The notes below the pieces were generated by a model. That model made no database searches. It was given only the letters and a program-made list of their open reading frames with translations, and was not told the origin of the DNA. A program made the translations under genes and the position numbers. From a virus (Duplodnaviria; Heunggongvirae; Uroviricota; Caudoviricetes), in IMG/VR virus record IMGVR_UViG_2547132253_000001: a stretch of 17,844 nt of DNA; one strand, given 5' to 3'. Shown piece after piece: positions 1 to 7,464 of this stretch. Numbering within the stretch: position 1 is the stretch's first letter; each line of letters opens with the position of its first letter.

Positions 1-1254
1 ATGCTGGAACAAATGGGCATTGCCGCGAAGCAAGCCTCGTATAAATTAGCGCAACTCTCCAGCCGCGAAAAAAATCGCGTGCTGGAAAAAATCGCCGATG
101 AACTGGAAGCACAAAGCGAAATCATCCTCAACGCTAACGCCCAGGATGTTGCTGACGCGCGTGCCAATGGCCTTGGCGAAGCGATGCTTGACCGTCTGGC
201 ACTGACGCCCGCACGGCTGAAAGGCATTGCCGATGATGTGCGCCAGGTGTGTAACCTCGCCGATCCGGTGGGGCAGGTAATCGATGGCAGCGTACTGGAC
301 AGCGGCCTGCGTCTTGAGCGTCGTCGCGTACCGCTGGGGGTTATTGGCGTGATTTATGAAGCGCGCCCGAACGTGACGGTTGATGTCGCTTCGCTGTGCC
401 TGAAAACCGGTAATGCGGTGATCCTGCGCGGTGGCAAAGAAACGTGTCGCACTAACGCTGCAACGGTGGCGGTGATTCAGGACGCCCTGAAATCCTGCGG
501 CTTACCGGCGGGTGCCGTGCAGGCGATTGATAATCCTGACCGTGCGCTGGTCAGTGAAATGCTGCGTATGGATAAATACATCGACATGCTGATCCCGCGT
601 GGTGGCGCTGGTTTGCATAAACTGTGCCGTGAACAGTCGACAATCCCGGTGATCACAGGTGGTATAGGCGTATGCCATATTTACGTTGATGAAAGTGTAG
701 AGATCGCTGAAGCATTAAAAGTGATCGTCAACGCGAAAACTCAGCGTCCGAGCACATGTAATACGGTTGAAACGTTGCTGGTGAATAAAAACATCGCCGA
801 TAGCTTCCTGCCCGCATTAAGCAAACAAATGGCGGAAAGCGGCGTGACATTACACGCAGATGCAGCTGCACTGGCGCAGTTGCAGGCAGGCCCTGCGAAG
901 GTGGTTGCTGTTAAAGCCGAAGAGTATGACGATGAGTTTCTGTCATTAGATTTGAACGTCAAAATCGTCAGCGATCTTGACGATGCCATCGCCCATATTC
1001 GTGAACACGGCACACAACACTCCGATGCGATCCTGACCCGCGATATGCGCAACGCCCAGCGTTTTGTTAACGAAGTGGATTCGTCCGCTGTTTACGTTAA
1101 CGCCTCTACGCGTTTTACCGACGGCGGCCAGTTTGGTCTGGGTGCGGAAGTGGCGGTAAGCACACAAAAACTCCACGCGCGTGGCCCAATGGGGCTGGAA
1201 GCACTGACCACTTACAAGTGGATCGGCATTGGTGATTACACCATTCGTGCGTAA
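1..1254 (+). CDS. proA: Gamma-glutamyl phosphate reductase (glutamate-5-semialdehyde dehydrogenase), complete 417 aa
   Basis: 417-aa ORF from ATG at 1 to TAA at 1252-1254; the protein matches E. coli ProA as I recall it, essentially full length; followed by thrW as in the E. coli proBA-thrW locus. Confidence 0.95.
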   Translation: MLEQMGIAAKQASYKLAQLSSREKNRVLEKIADELEAQSEIILNANAQDVADARANGLGEAMLDRLALTPARLKGIADDVRQVCNLADPVGQVIDGSVLDSGLRLERRRVPLGVIGVIYEARPNVTVDVASLCLKTGNAVILRGGKETCRTNAATVAVIQDALKSCGLPAGAVQAIDNPDRALVSEMLRMDKYIDMLIPRGGAGLHKLCREQSTIPVITGGIGVCHIYVDESVEIAEALKVIVNAKTQRPSTCNTVETLLVNKNIADSFLPALSKQMAESGVTLHADAAALAQLQAGPAKVVAVKAEEYDDEFLSLDLNVKIVSDLDDAIAHIREHGTQHSDAILTRDMRNAQRFVNEVDSSAVYVNASTRFTDGGQFGLGAEVAVSTQKLHARGPMGLEALTTYKWIGIGDYTIRA

Positions 1255-1368
1255 ATAAAACCGGGTGATGCAAAAGTAGCCATTTGATTCACAAGGCCAT
1301 TGACGCATCGCCCGGTTAGTTTTAACCTTGTCCACCGTGATTCACGTTCGTGAACATGTCCTTTCAGG

Positions 1369-1444
1369 GCCGATATAGCTCAGTTGGTAGAGCAGCGCAT
1401 TCGTAATGCGAAGGTCGTAGGTTCGACTCCTATTATCGGCACCA
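1369..1444 (+). tRNA. thrW: tRNA-Thr (anticodon CGU)
   Basis: 76 nt GCCGATATAGCTCAGTTGGTAGAGCAGCGCATTCGTAATGCGAAGGTCGTAGGTTCGACTCCTATTATCGGCACCA: 7-bp acceptor stem (GCCGATA/TATCGGC), D-loop AGCTCAGTTGGTAGAGC, anticodon loop with CGT, T-arm GGTTCGACTCC, encoded 3' CCA; sits directly downstream of proA. Confidence 0.92.
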
Positions 1445-1460
1445 TTCAAACATCTCCCCA

Positions 1461-1547
1461 AGTCTACTAAAGTCTTTCAAAACCCCTTATAATCCGCGTA
1501 TTAAAGCCCCGTTCGTCTTTTGACGTCTACTAAAGTCCCTCAAAATC
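1461..1547. repeat. Two about 22-bp direct repeats in the attL region, candidate integrase arm-type or accessory-factor sites
   Basis: AGTCTACTAAAGTCTTTCAAAA (1461-1482) and CGTCTACTAAAGTCCCTCAAAA (1524-1545), about 90% identical; GGGGGTA motif at 1560-1566 and 1571-1577, with inverted copy TACCCCC at 1601-1607. Confidence 0.5.
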
Positions 1548-1609
1548 TACGGTCAGATGGGGGTACTTATGGGGGTATTTGCTGTTCGGTTTAGTGGAGG
1601 TACCCCCAA

Positions 1610-2824
1610 GTGAAACTCAATGCCCGTCAAATAGACACAGCCAAGCCAAAAGAGAAGGCTTACAAGCTGGCCGATGGTGGCGGTTTGTATCTCTTGGTAA
1701 AACCTAATGGAGGTAAATACTGGCGACTTAAATATCGTGTAGCTGGTAAAGAGAAGCTATTGGCACTAGGTGTGTATCCTGAGGTTACTCTAGCCGATGC
1801 TCGGGCAAAACGTGAAGATGCGAAAAGAGGTATCGCTGGTGGTATCGATCCGATGGAAGCGAAACGAGAGGAAAAGATTGCCCGGGAAACGCAGTTAAAC
1901 AACACCTTCAAAGATATTGCCCTTGAGTGGCACAGCAGCAAATTAAAAAAATGGTCTGCTGGTTATGCTTCAGACATCCTCGAAGCCTTCAACAAAGATG
2001 TGTTCCCTTACATTGGCAAAAAACCAATCGCCGAAATCAAACCACTTGAACTTCTGAATGTGCTGCGGCGCATCGAGGGGCGCGGTGCTACAGAAAAAGC
2101 CAAAAAAGTGAGGCAGCGGTGCGGGGAAGTTTTCCGCTATGCAATAGTCACTGGTCGCGCAGAGTATAACCCTGCTCCAGACCTTACTAGCGCGATGCAA
2201 GGCCATGAATCTAATCATTACCCTTTCCTTACAGCCAAAGAATTACCTGATTTTTTCAAGGCATTGTCCAGTTACTCAGGAAGCGCATTGGTTGTTATGG
2301 CGGCTCGTCTACTGATTATCACAGGCTTGCGGACTGGCGAACTACGTGGCGCATTATGGGATGAAATTGATTTCAACAAGGCTCTCTGGGAGATACCCGC
2401 TTCACGTATGAAAATGCGGCGGCCTCATATTGTGCCATTGTCTGAGCAGGCTCTTTCGCTTATTGGGAAGATTAGAGAAATAACAGGCAATTACCCTCTT
2501 ATGTTTCCCGGGCGCAATGATCCAAGGAAAACAATGAGTGAGGCCAGCATAAACCAAGTGTTTAAGCGCATTGGCTACGCTGGACGTGTAACTGGTCATG
2601 GGTTCCGGCACACTATGAGTACGATTTTGCATGAGCAGGGCTATAACACCGCGTGGATAGAAACGCAGCTCGCTCACGTTGATAAGAACTCAATTCGTGG
2701 CACATACAACCATGCGCAATATCTGGATGGAAGGCGGGAGATGCTTCAATGGTATGCCGACTATATGGATTCTCTCGAGCATGGCGGAAATGTGGTGCAT
2801 ATGGTGTTTGAAAAACACGCATGA
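1610..2824 (+). CDS. int: Site-specific tyrosine integrase, P4-type, 404 aa
   Basis: ORF with GTG start at 1610 preceded by GGAGG (1596-1600), stop TGA 2822-2824. N-terminal arm-binding-like region (KLADGGGLYLLVKPNGGKYWRLKY) and C-terminal catalytic region with HGFRHT and a Y in TYNHAQY resemble phage integrase motifs. Placed directly next to the tRNA. Confidence 0.9.
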   Translation: MKLNARQIDTAKPKEKAYKLADGGGLYLLVKPNGGKYWRLKYRVAGKEKLLALGVYPEVTLADARAKREDAKRGIAGGIDPMEAKREEKIARETQLNNTFKDIALEWHSSKLKKWSAGYASDILEAFNKDVFPYIGKKPIAEIKPLELLNVLRRIEGRGATEKAKKVRQRCGEVFRYAIVTGRAEYNPAPDLTSAMQGHESNHYPFLTAKELPDFFKALSSYSGSALVVMAARLLIITGLRTGELRGALWDEIDFNKALWEIPASRMKMRRPHIVPLSEQALSLIGKIREITGNYPLMFPGRNDPRKTMSEASINQVFKRIGYAGRVTGHGFRHTMSTILHEQGYNTAWIETQLAHVDKNSIRGTYNHAQYLDGRREMLQWYADYMDSLEHGGNVVHMVFEKHA

Positions 2825-2917
2825 AACAACTGGACAAGTATACAGAGGTTTACTAAAGTATAGGGGAGTAGATTGATAAAAACTCACAGAGGATTACTAT
2901 TTAACAGTTAGCCCTGG

Positions 2918-3214
2918 AGAAGGGCAATCGCTCTTTTAACAACGAAGATGGAATCTTCTACGCAGCTGAAAAGCTGGATGCTCTTTAACAGCCTTTGGTG
3001 CTTTCCTGATGCAGGAAAGAATAGGGATACATGCACCTTTACAATGCATGTAATGATTCATCCATGAGGCTGCGGATCGCTGACAAAGCGCAATTGCTCT
3101 TTAACATTGATGTGGGCGGGATGGTTCGTCCCGCAGTGACCGATAGATTTCTATCGGGAAACATACAATGATTCAAATATGAATCTACGGCGCTGACAAA
3201 GCGCAATTGCTCTC
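2918..3214. repeat. Family of three related direct repeats with a near-palindromic GCAATTGC core, in the int-alpA intergenic region
   Basis: AATGATTCA...CGCTGACAAAGCGCAATTGCTCT at about 3052-3101 and again at about 3166-3213 (23-bp identical core); diverged third copy GGGCAATCGCTCTTTTAACA at 2920-2939. Core AAGCGCAATTGCTCTT is nearly self-complementary. Confidence 0.55.
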
Positions 3215-3355
3215 TTGCCTGCCCACCATGCCCTGAAAAAGGGCGTTCTTTAAAACTACTGGATGTCACGCCTAATAGCGTGATCCTGCCGAAATGCAGG
3301 GTAGCTCTACCCTTGTGGAGCAAACAAACCAAAACAATCTGACTATCTTTTATAA

Positions 3356-3388
3356 AAGACCGCAATATGTTTTTCATATTGTGGTCTT
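3356..3388. repeat. Inverted repeat (14-bp arms, 5-nt T loop), operator-like or hairpin
   Basis: AAGACCGCAATATG-TTTTT-CATATTGTGGTCTT; arms complementary except one position (G.T wobble if RNA); about 90 bp upstream of alpA. Confidence 0.5.
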
Positions 3389-3475
3389 TGGCGTATTCGA
3401 CATTTGATGCAAATAAAACTCTCGCCATTCGTTGCAGGAGGGAGTTATTGCGTCATTAGTACAGGATATTAATAA

Positions 3476-3679
3476 ATGGCTAATTACAATTCATTAATTC
3501 GTCTCTCTGAAGTTCAAAGGCGAACTGGTTATAGCAAAGCATGGATTTATCGTCTTATTAGTCAGGGGAGGTTCCCTAAACAGGTAAAAATTGGAAGTCG
3601 GGCAATTGCTTTTGTTGAGTCTGAAATAGATGAATGGATTGAGAAGTGTATATTAGAATCTAGAGACGAGGTGGCCTGA
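3476..3679 (+). CDS. alpA: AlpA-family phage transcriptional regulator (HTH), 67 aa
   Basis: ATG 3476 to TGA 3677-3679; sequence LIRLSEVQRRTGYSKAWIYRLISQGRFPKQVKIGSRAIAFVESEIDEWI fits the AlpA/MerR-like HTH pattern; stop overlaps the next ATG (TGATG). Confidence 0.85.
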   Translation: MANYNSLIRLSEVQRRTGYSKAWIYRLISQGRFPKQVKIGSRAIAFVESEIDEWIEKCILESRDEVA

Positions 3680-4110
3680 TGGAAAAGAAAAACCGCCCAT
3701 TACAGGCGGCTAATTCAGATATTCGCGTATCTGATGTTACGCCCCTGACAAAATCCCTTCAAGCACCAAAGCGCACACCGAAAAAGCATCGTGCCAGAGT
3801 CTATATGCTGCGTACTGGTATAGAGGGATGGACAGAAAATGACATTCTTCGCTACTGCCGTCTGTCTTCTGGTCGTAACTATGCAACAGAGTTAGAACGC
3901 CAGCTTGGAATCACTCTGGAGCGTATCGACGAAAAGAATCCTGATGGTATCGGAACACACCTTCGCTACCGTTTCTCCTGCCGTGGTGATGTTCTGAAAG
4001 TGATCACTCATGTTAACCATCTTGCGAGCATAAATGATCACAACGGACTTTCTCAGCAGGAAATTGCCGACATTCTGAAACTCTACCCGGACGCGTTTAA
4101 CGCCGCCTAA
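3679..4110 (+). CDS. Hypothetical protein, 143 aa, basic N-terminus
   Basis: ATG 3679 preceded by GAGGTGG; translationally coupled to alpA; no motif I can assign. Confidence 0.6.
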   Translation: MEKKNRPLQAANSDIRVSDVTPLTKSLQAPKRTPKKHRARVYMLRTGIEGWTENDILRYCRLSSGRNYATELERQLGITLERIDEKNPDGIGTHLRYRFSCRGDVLKVITHVNHLASINDHNGLSQQEIADILKLYPDAFNAA

Positions 4111-4122
4111 CGGAGACTGAAA

Positions 4123-4956
4123 ATGAACATCGAAAAAAGCAGATTAATTTCTGAGGCCGCCCCTCATCTGAACGCCTCTCTGGGCACAATTAACGGTAAT
4201 GAATTTGCCGCAATTGTCCCGGTTATTCCTGGTCATATCGGTGGGCGTGAAACCAATATTGTTAGCGCAAAAGCGTTACACAAAGCGTTGGGCGTGGGAA
4301 AAGACTTCTCTACATGGATCACTGATCGCATCTCTGAATATGACTTCACCATTGGGCACGATTACTCAGTCCATAAAACAATTTCCCCAAATTTGGGGAA
4401 AAGCCCGAATGGCGCGGCTTACAGCAAGATTAAGCAGTCTGGCAGACCCGGCAAAGACTATCTGTTAAGTGTCGGAATGGCGAAAGAACTGGCAATGATC
4501 GAACGCAATGATCAGGGTCGCGCTATCCGCCGTTATTTCATCCAGTGCGAGGAAGAATTACAGCGTAGCGTGCCTGAAATCGCCGCCCGCTATCGTCGCC
4601 AGCTAAAAGCCCGTATCAGTGCCGCAAACAACTTTAAGCCAATGTGCGATGCGCTGAATATGGCCCGTGCCGAGATGGGTAAAACGACGCAGCAACACCA
4701 CTACACAAACGAGAGCAATATGATTTCTCGTATCGTTCTTGGTGGGCTAACTGCTAAACAGTGGGCGCGGATAAATGGCTATTCTGGCGAACCTCGCGAC
4801 CATATGAACGCAGAACAACTTGAGCACCTCTCATATCTCGAAAGCACCAATATCACGTTAATTGATATGGGCATGGAATATGAGCAGCGCAAAGGAGAAC
4901 TCACCCGCCTGTCGCAACGCTGGCTCGCCAAGCGTCTGGAGGTGGTCAATGTCTAA
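4123..4956 (+). CDS. Phage antirepressor-like protein (AntA/AntB-type N-terminal domain), 277 aa
   Basis: ATG 4123 with GGAGA SD; N-terminal region NIVSAKALHKALGVGKDFSTWITDRI and following LLSVGMAKELAMIERNDQGRAIRRYFIQCEEEL resemble the AntA/KilAC antirepressor pattern as I recall it. Confidence 0.65.
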   Translation: MNIEKSRLISEAAPHLNASLGTINGNEFAAIVPVIPGHIGGRETNIVSAKALHKALGVGKDFSTWITDRISEYDFTIGHDYSVHKTISPNLGKSPNGAAYSKIKQSGRPGKDYLLSVGMAKELAMIERNDQGRAIRRYFIQCEEELQRSVPEIAARYRRQLKARISAANNFKPMCDALNMARAEMGKTTQQHHYTNESNMISRIVLGGLTAKQWARINGYSGEPRDHMNAEQLEHLSYLESTNITLIDMGMEYEQRKGELTRLSQRWLAKRLEVVNV

Positions 4957-5131
4957 GCCAACAGGAACACCACAACCACAAAAACGCTACAAAGATGCCC
5001 ACGGAGCACTCGTTACTGTCGAAAGCGTGTCTCACAACCGAGTGACGTTTTATCGCGACGGGTATCAATCGCCATGCGTACAACCGCTGGCGCGTTTCAT
5101 GAAGGAGTTCGCGGAGGTTAACAAATGCTAA
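4949..5131 (+). CDS. Small hypothetical protein, 60 aa (DUF4222-like by recollection)
   Basis: ATG at 4949 overlaps the stop of the upstream gene (ATGTCTAA); this is the in-frame C-terminal part of track ORF 4862-5131; sequence MSKPTGTPQPQKRYKDAHGALVTVESVSHNRVTFYRDGY. Confidence 0.5.
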   Translation: MSKPTGTPQPQKRYKDAHGALVTVESVSHNRVTFYRDGYQSPCVQPLARFMKEFAEVNKC

Positions 5132-5562
5132 CCGTCCAGAAGAAGACATTTTCACTGGCTGGTATGTCGCCAAAATCCAGCAATATGACGGCAAAGTCAG
5201 GCATTAATACAGCAGATACAAGCAAAGTTTATCATTTGCTGTTGGTCGGAACGGATGCCTTAACCATATCAGAAATCTCGGGCGATGATATTAGCATTGA
5301 GAAGGTCAGCGGCTGCGCCAGAAAATTTCTGGTCGTAGATGATGTCTTCCGCTCGTGTAGTGACTCCACAAAAACATTCGTCCACGCGCGTGACGTTAAC
5401 GAAATGAGCGCGATGTACTGTGCATCTGGTGCTTCCAATAGCGAGTTTTCGGAGTCCATAAAAAAGAGCTTGCCGTTATGCGGCAACACGGTTTATGGTT
5501 ATAAGGCACCTCATAAAACGGGTGCCGGGATTGGCGTCCTGGTAAATCGAATGGCGACATAT

Positions 5563-5584
5563 GACGCGCCGAGCGTCTTTTTTT
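5563..5584 (+). terminator. Rho-independent terminator
   Basis: GACGC-GCCGA-GCGTC hairpin (5563-5577) followed by TTTTTTT (5578-5584). Confidence 0.6.
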
Positions 5585-5611
5585 ATGTCGTAGGTCTGAC
5601 TCACCCATTTT

Positions 5612-5636
5612 TTGGGCGTTGGTGTATAATCCAGCG
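5612..5636 (+). promoter_or_regulatory. Putative sigma70 promoter (perfect -10 TATAAT at 5625-5630; no good -35)
   Basis: TATAAT hexamer 5625-5630 immediately after the terminator and about 150 nt upstream of the Icd-like start; the -35 element is weak or mis-spaced (TTGGGC at 5612-5617). Confidence 0.3.
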
Positions 5637-5639
5637 CCT

Positions 5640-5786
5640 TTGTCAATCAATGGTGGCTCAGGCAGGGGCTTCTTCGGAAGCGCCGGTATCCATTCGAGCC
5701 GGTTACGCCAACCCTGTCTGGGCTACCACCAGCGAAATTGGCGTTTCCGGTGGTAGCGTTACATGCTATCGAATGGAGGCTGCCAC
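5640..5786 (+). ncRNA. Candidate structured leader / small regulatory RNA (P4 CI- or C4-like immunity RNA hypothesis)
   Basis: GCUUC-UUCG-GAAGC tetraloop hairpin (5668-5681); 9-bp stem GCTACCACC (5722-5730) pairing with GGTGGTAGC (5749-5757); an upstream GGTGG (5652-5656) could pair alternatively with CCACC; no coding frame supported here. Confidence 0.3.
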
Positions 5787-5981
5787 ATGCTGGCTACTAC
5801 CCCTACCCAAAAACCGCAATTTATCTGGATTATCGCCGCAGTTCGCCGCGATTGCCCGACAATTACCGCCAAAATTCATCATATTGCTGCCGAGTCTGAA
5901 CGCGATGCTCGCCGTTCTCTGGTGCGCGATCACGTCTGCTTTTTTGCTGGTCGTATCCGCATGGAGGTGGCTCATGATTAA
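5787..5981 (+). CDS. Icd-like host cell division inhibitor family protein, 64 aa
   Basis: ATG 5787 with GGAGG at 5775-5779; MLATTPTQKPQFIWIIAAVRRDCPTITAKIHH... resembles the Icd-like small proteins of P4-like prophages (recollection). Lies in a different frame inside the artifactual 355-aa track ORF. Confidence 0.65.
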   Translation: MLATTPTQKPQFIWIIAAVRRDCPTITAKIHHIAAESERDARRSLVRDHVCFFAGRIRMEVAHD

Positions 5982-6192
5982 AACCTACGATGTGCATATG
6001 GATCCCCTCGAACGCACAAGCCAGATCATCACACTGACAGAAGTGATTAACGACATTCTGGTGAGCAACTCTCCCTCACGAGACGAAAGACTGAAGGCGT
6101 TACTCGCGATATTGGATCTCGCCGTTCGTGACGTTCATTTCCTGCTGGAAGGTGGCGAAATGCCAGGAAAAACGGGGGCAACCAATGAATAA
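5974..6192 (+). CDS. Hypothetical small protein, 72 aa
   Basis: ATG 5974 preceded by GGAGGTGG (5963-5970); overlaps the Icd-like stop (ATGATTAA); C-terminal in-frame part of track ORF 5125-6192. Confidence 0.55.
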   Translation: MIKTYDVHMDPLERTSQIITLTEVINDILVSNSPSRDERLKALLAILDLAVRDVHFLLEGGEMPGKTGATNE

Positions 6193-6379
6193 CTCAATTA
6201 ATACCCCTCGCCTTACGTCCGCACTTCAATTAATCGAGCAAGCAGCGGCTGTCCTGGTTGCTGTCAGTCTTTCGGCTGAAGAAATGGACGCTGCTGATGT
6301 CGTGGATGCGATTAAAGCGTGCTCATCTTTGGTTAACGATGCCCGTGCCGAGCTGGTAATTCTTGGGGGTGAAAAATGA
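6185..6379 (+). CDS. Hypothetical small protein, 64 aa
   Basis: ATG 6185 overlaps the upstream stop (ATGAATAA); in-frame part of track ORF 6128-6379. Confidence 0.5.
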   Translation: MNNSINTPRLTSALQLIEQAAAVLVAVSLSAEEMDAADVVDAIKACSSLVNDARAELVILGGEK

Positions 6380-6639
6380 ATATCAACTTAATTTATCGTC
6401 ATCCGTGTGAGCTGGAAATTGAATCATTGCTGGGGCGTGAAGAGCCATATCCAGACACATTCACTCCCGCAGATTGCGCGACTGAACGGCTTACCAGAGC
6501 GCGCACAGGTCTGGTTCATGTGATGAATGAGATTGTTCCCTCGGTGGGAGGGGAACAGGCGACAGTAATCAATAGCTGGCTACAAAAAGTTACCTCCCTG
6601 ATAGATATCGGTTTAATCGATGTGGAGAGTGCGAAATGA
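6376..6639 (+). CDS. Hypothetical small protein, 87 aa
   Basis: ATG 6376 overlaps the upstream stop (ATGA); SD GGGGTGA upstream. Confidence 0.55.
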   Translation: MNINLIYRHPCELEIESLLGREEPYPDTFTPADCATERLTRARTGLVHVMNEIVPSVGGEQATVINSWLQKVTSLIDIGLIDVESAK

Positions 6640-6857
6640 CCAACATCCAGCTCATTGAAGCGCAATGTCGCATCGAACAGGTTCAGACTGTTTTAGGGTT
6701 CTGGCTTGAAGGGGCCAGCCCCAGCAACAGAGACAAGTTAATGATTGGCGCGGTTATGTCACTGCTCAATGGCGTACCAGAAGCTATTCAGGAAGCGGAC
6801 GAATTGTTGGGCAAATATGAGTTACAGAATCATTCAGGCGAGGCGAAACATGAATAA
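6636..6857 (+). CDS. Hypothetical small protein, 73 aa
   Basis: ATG 6636 overlaps the upstream stop (ATGA); part of the coupled operon leading to the primase. Confidence 0.55.
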   Translation: MTNIQLIEAQCRIEQVQTVLGFWLEGASPSNRDKLMIGAVMSLLNGVPEAIQEADELLGKYELQNHSGEAKHE

Positions 6858-7452
6858 TTTCTTAACCTTCCATGCAGAAGCAACGCCTGACGGCGTAAAC
6901 ATCATGCACCGCAGCAACGATGGCATGACAGAACGCGTTGAGACCGTCTCATATATTGATGCCGTAAATCGTCTGGATGCCGGGGATTATGACGATAAAC
7001 CAGATGAAGGCATGTTTATACATCTCGCTATTGCCAGTGGCGGCAACCAGGGATATTTCGATTACACATCACAGCATCACGTGATTATGTGGCGCTGGCT
7101 GATAGCAACAGCATTCATCAATGAAATGAGAAAGGAAAACGGCACCGTCAGCATTATTGATGACAGTGGCAATCATTCCGTGGTTTCTGTTTATTCCAAT
7201 GGCATCGTCGCCATGCCGCTGTATCCAGTAGCAGAGCGCCTCGCTATGGCAAACAACATTGAGGGCGCAATGATCGAGAAATATGGTGTTGATGTCGGAA
7301 CAAAGAATGCCATCATTTTTTACAGCAACATGTTCGATGTCGAACAGGGAACACTCACTTCGTTTGGGCGAGAAGTGCTTGCCGATCTTCACAACAGCTT
7401 TATTGCCGAACTAAACGAAAACGGCATCCCAGAAGCACCAGTGACGCACTAA
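6850..7452 (+). CDS. Hypothetical protein, 200 aa
   Basis: ATG 6850 overlaps the upstream stop (ATGAATAA); the track ORF 6745-7452 is extended upstream, but the internal ATG with coupling is the more plausible start; immediately precedes the primase. Confidence 0.6.
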   Translation: MNNFLTFHAEATPDGVNIMHRSNDGMTERVETVSYIDAVNRLDAGDYDDKPDEGMFIHLAIASGGNQGYFDYTSQHHVIMWRWLIATAFINEMRKENGTVSIIDDSGNHSVVSVYSNGIVAMPLYPVAERLAMANNIEGAMIEKYGVDVGTKNAIIFYSNMFDVEQGTLTSFGREVLADLHNSFIAELNENGIPEAPVTH

Positions 7453-7464
7453 ACGGGGGCCAGA

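Noticed and set aside
741-1335. Minus-strand ORFs 741-1052 and 946-1335 inside proA
   Set aside because: Antisense to a well-supported conserved gene; typical shadow ORFs in GC-rich coding sequence.
1338-1351. Palindrome TTCACG-TT-CGTGAA just upstream of thrW
   Set aside because: Probably part of the native thrW promoter/regulatory region of the host; nothing distinctive can be concluded.
1660-2887. Minus-strand and alternative-frame ORFs within and just after the integrase gene (1660-1941, 1970-2218, 2402-2677, 2613-2837, 2679-2876, 2690-2887)
   Set aside because: Overlap the integrase CDS or its 3' flank with no SD and implausible composition.
3039-3428. 129-aa minus-strand ORF in the int-alpA intergenic region
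   Set aside because: Overlaps the repeat family and inverted repeat; odd composition, no SD, no coupling to neighbours; more likely non-coding regulatory DNA.
4199-5194. ORFs 4199-4468 (+), 4862-5131 N-terminal extension, 4946-5194 (-)
   Set aside because: Overlap the AntA-like gene in other frames, or extend the small gene upstream past its coupled start.
5125-6192. 355-aa forward ORF from the six-frame track
   Set aside because: It reads straight through a rho-independent terminator (5563-5584), a TATAAT promoter element, the structured leader and the Icd-like gene in another frame. Only its last 72 codons (5974-6192, with their own strong SD) look like a real gene. Whether 5132-5560 encodes anything (a short protein or a long 3' UTR/sRNA) is unresolved.
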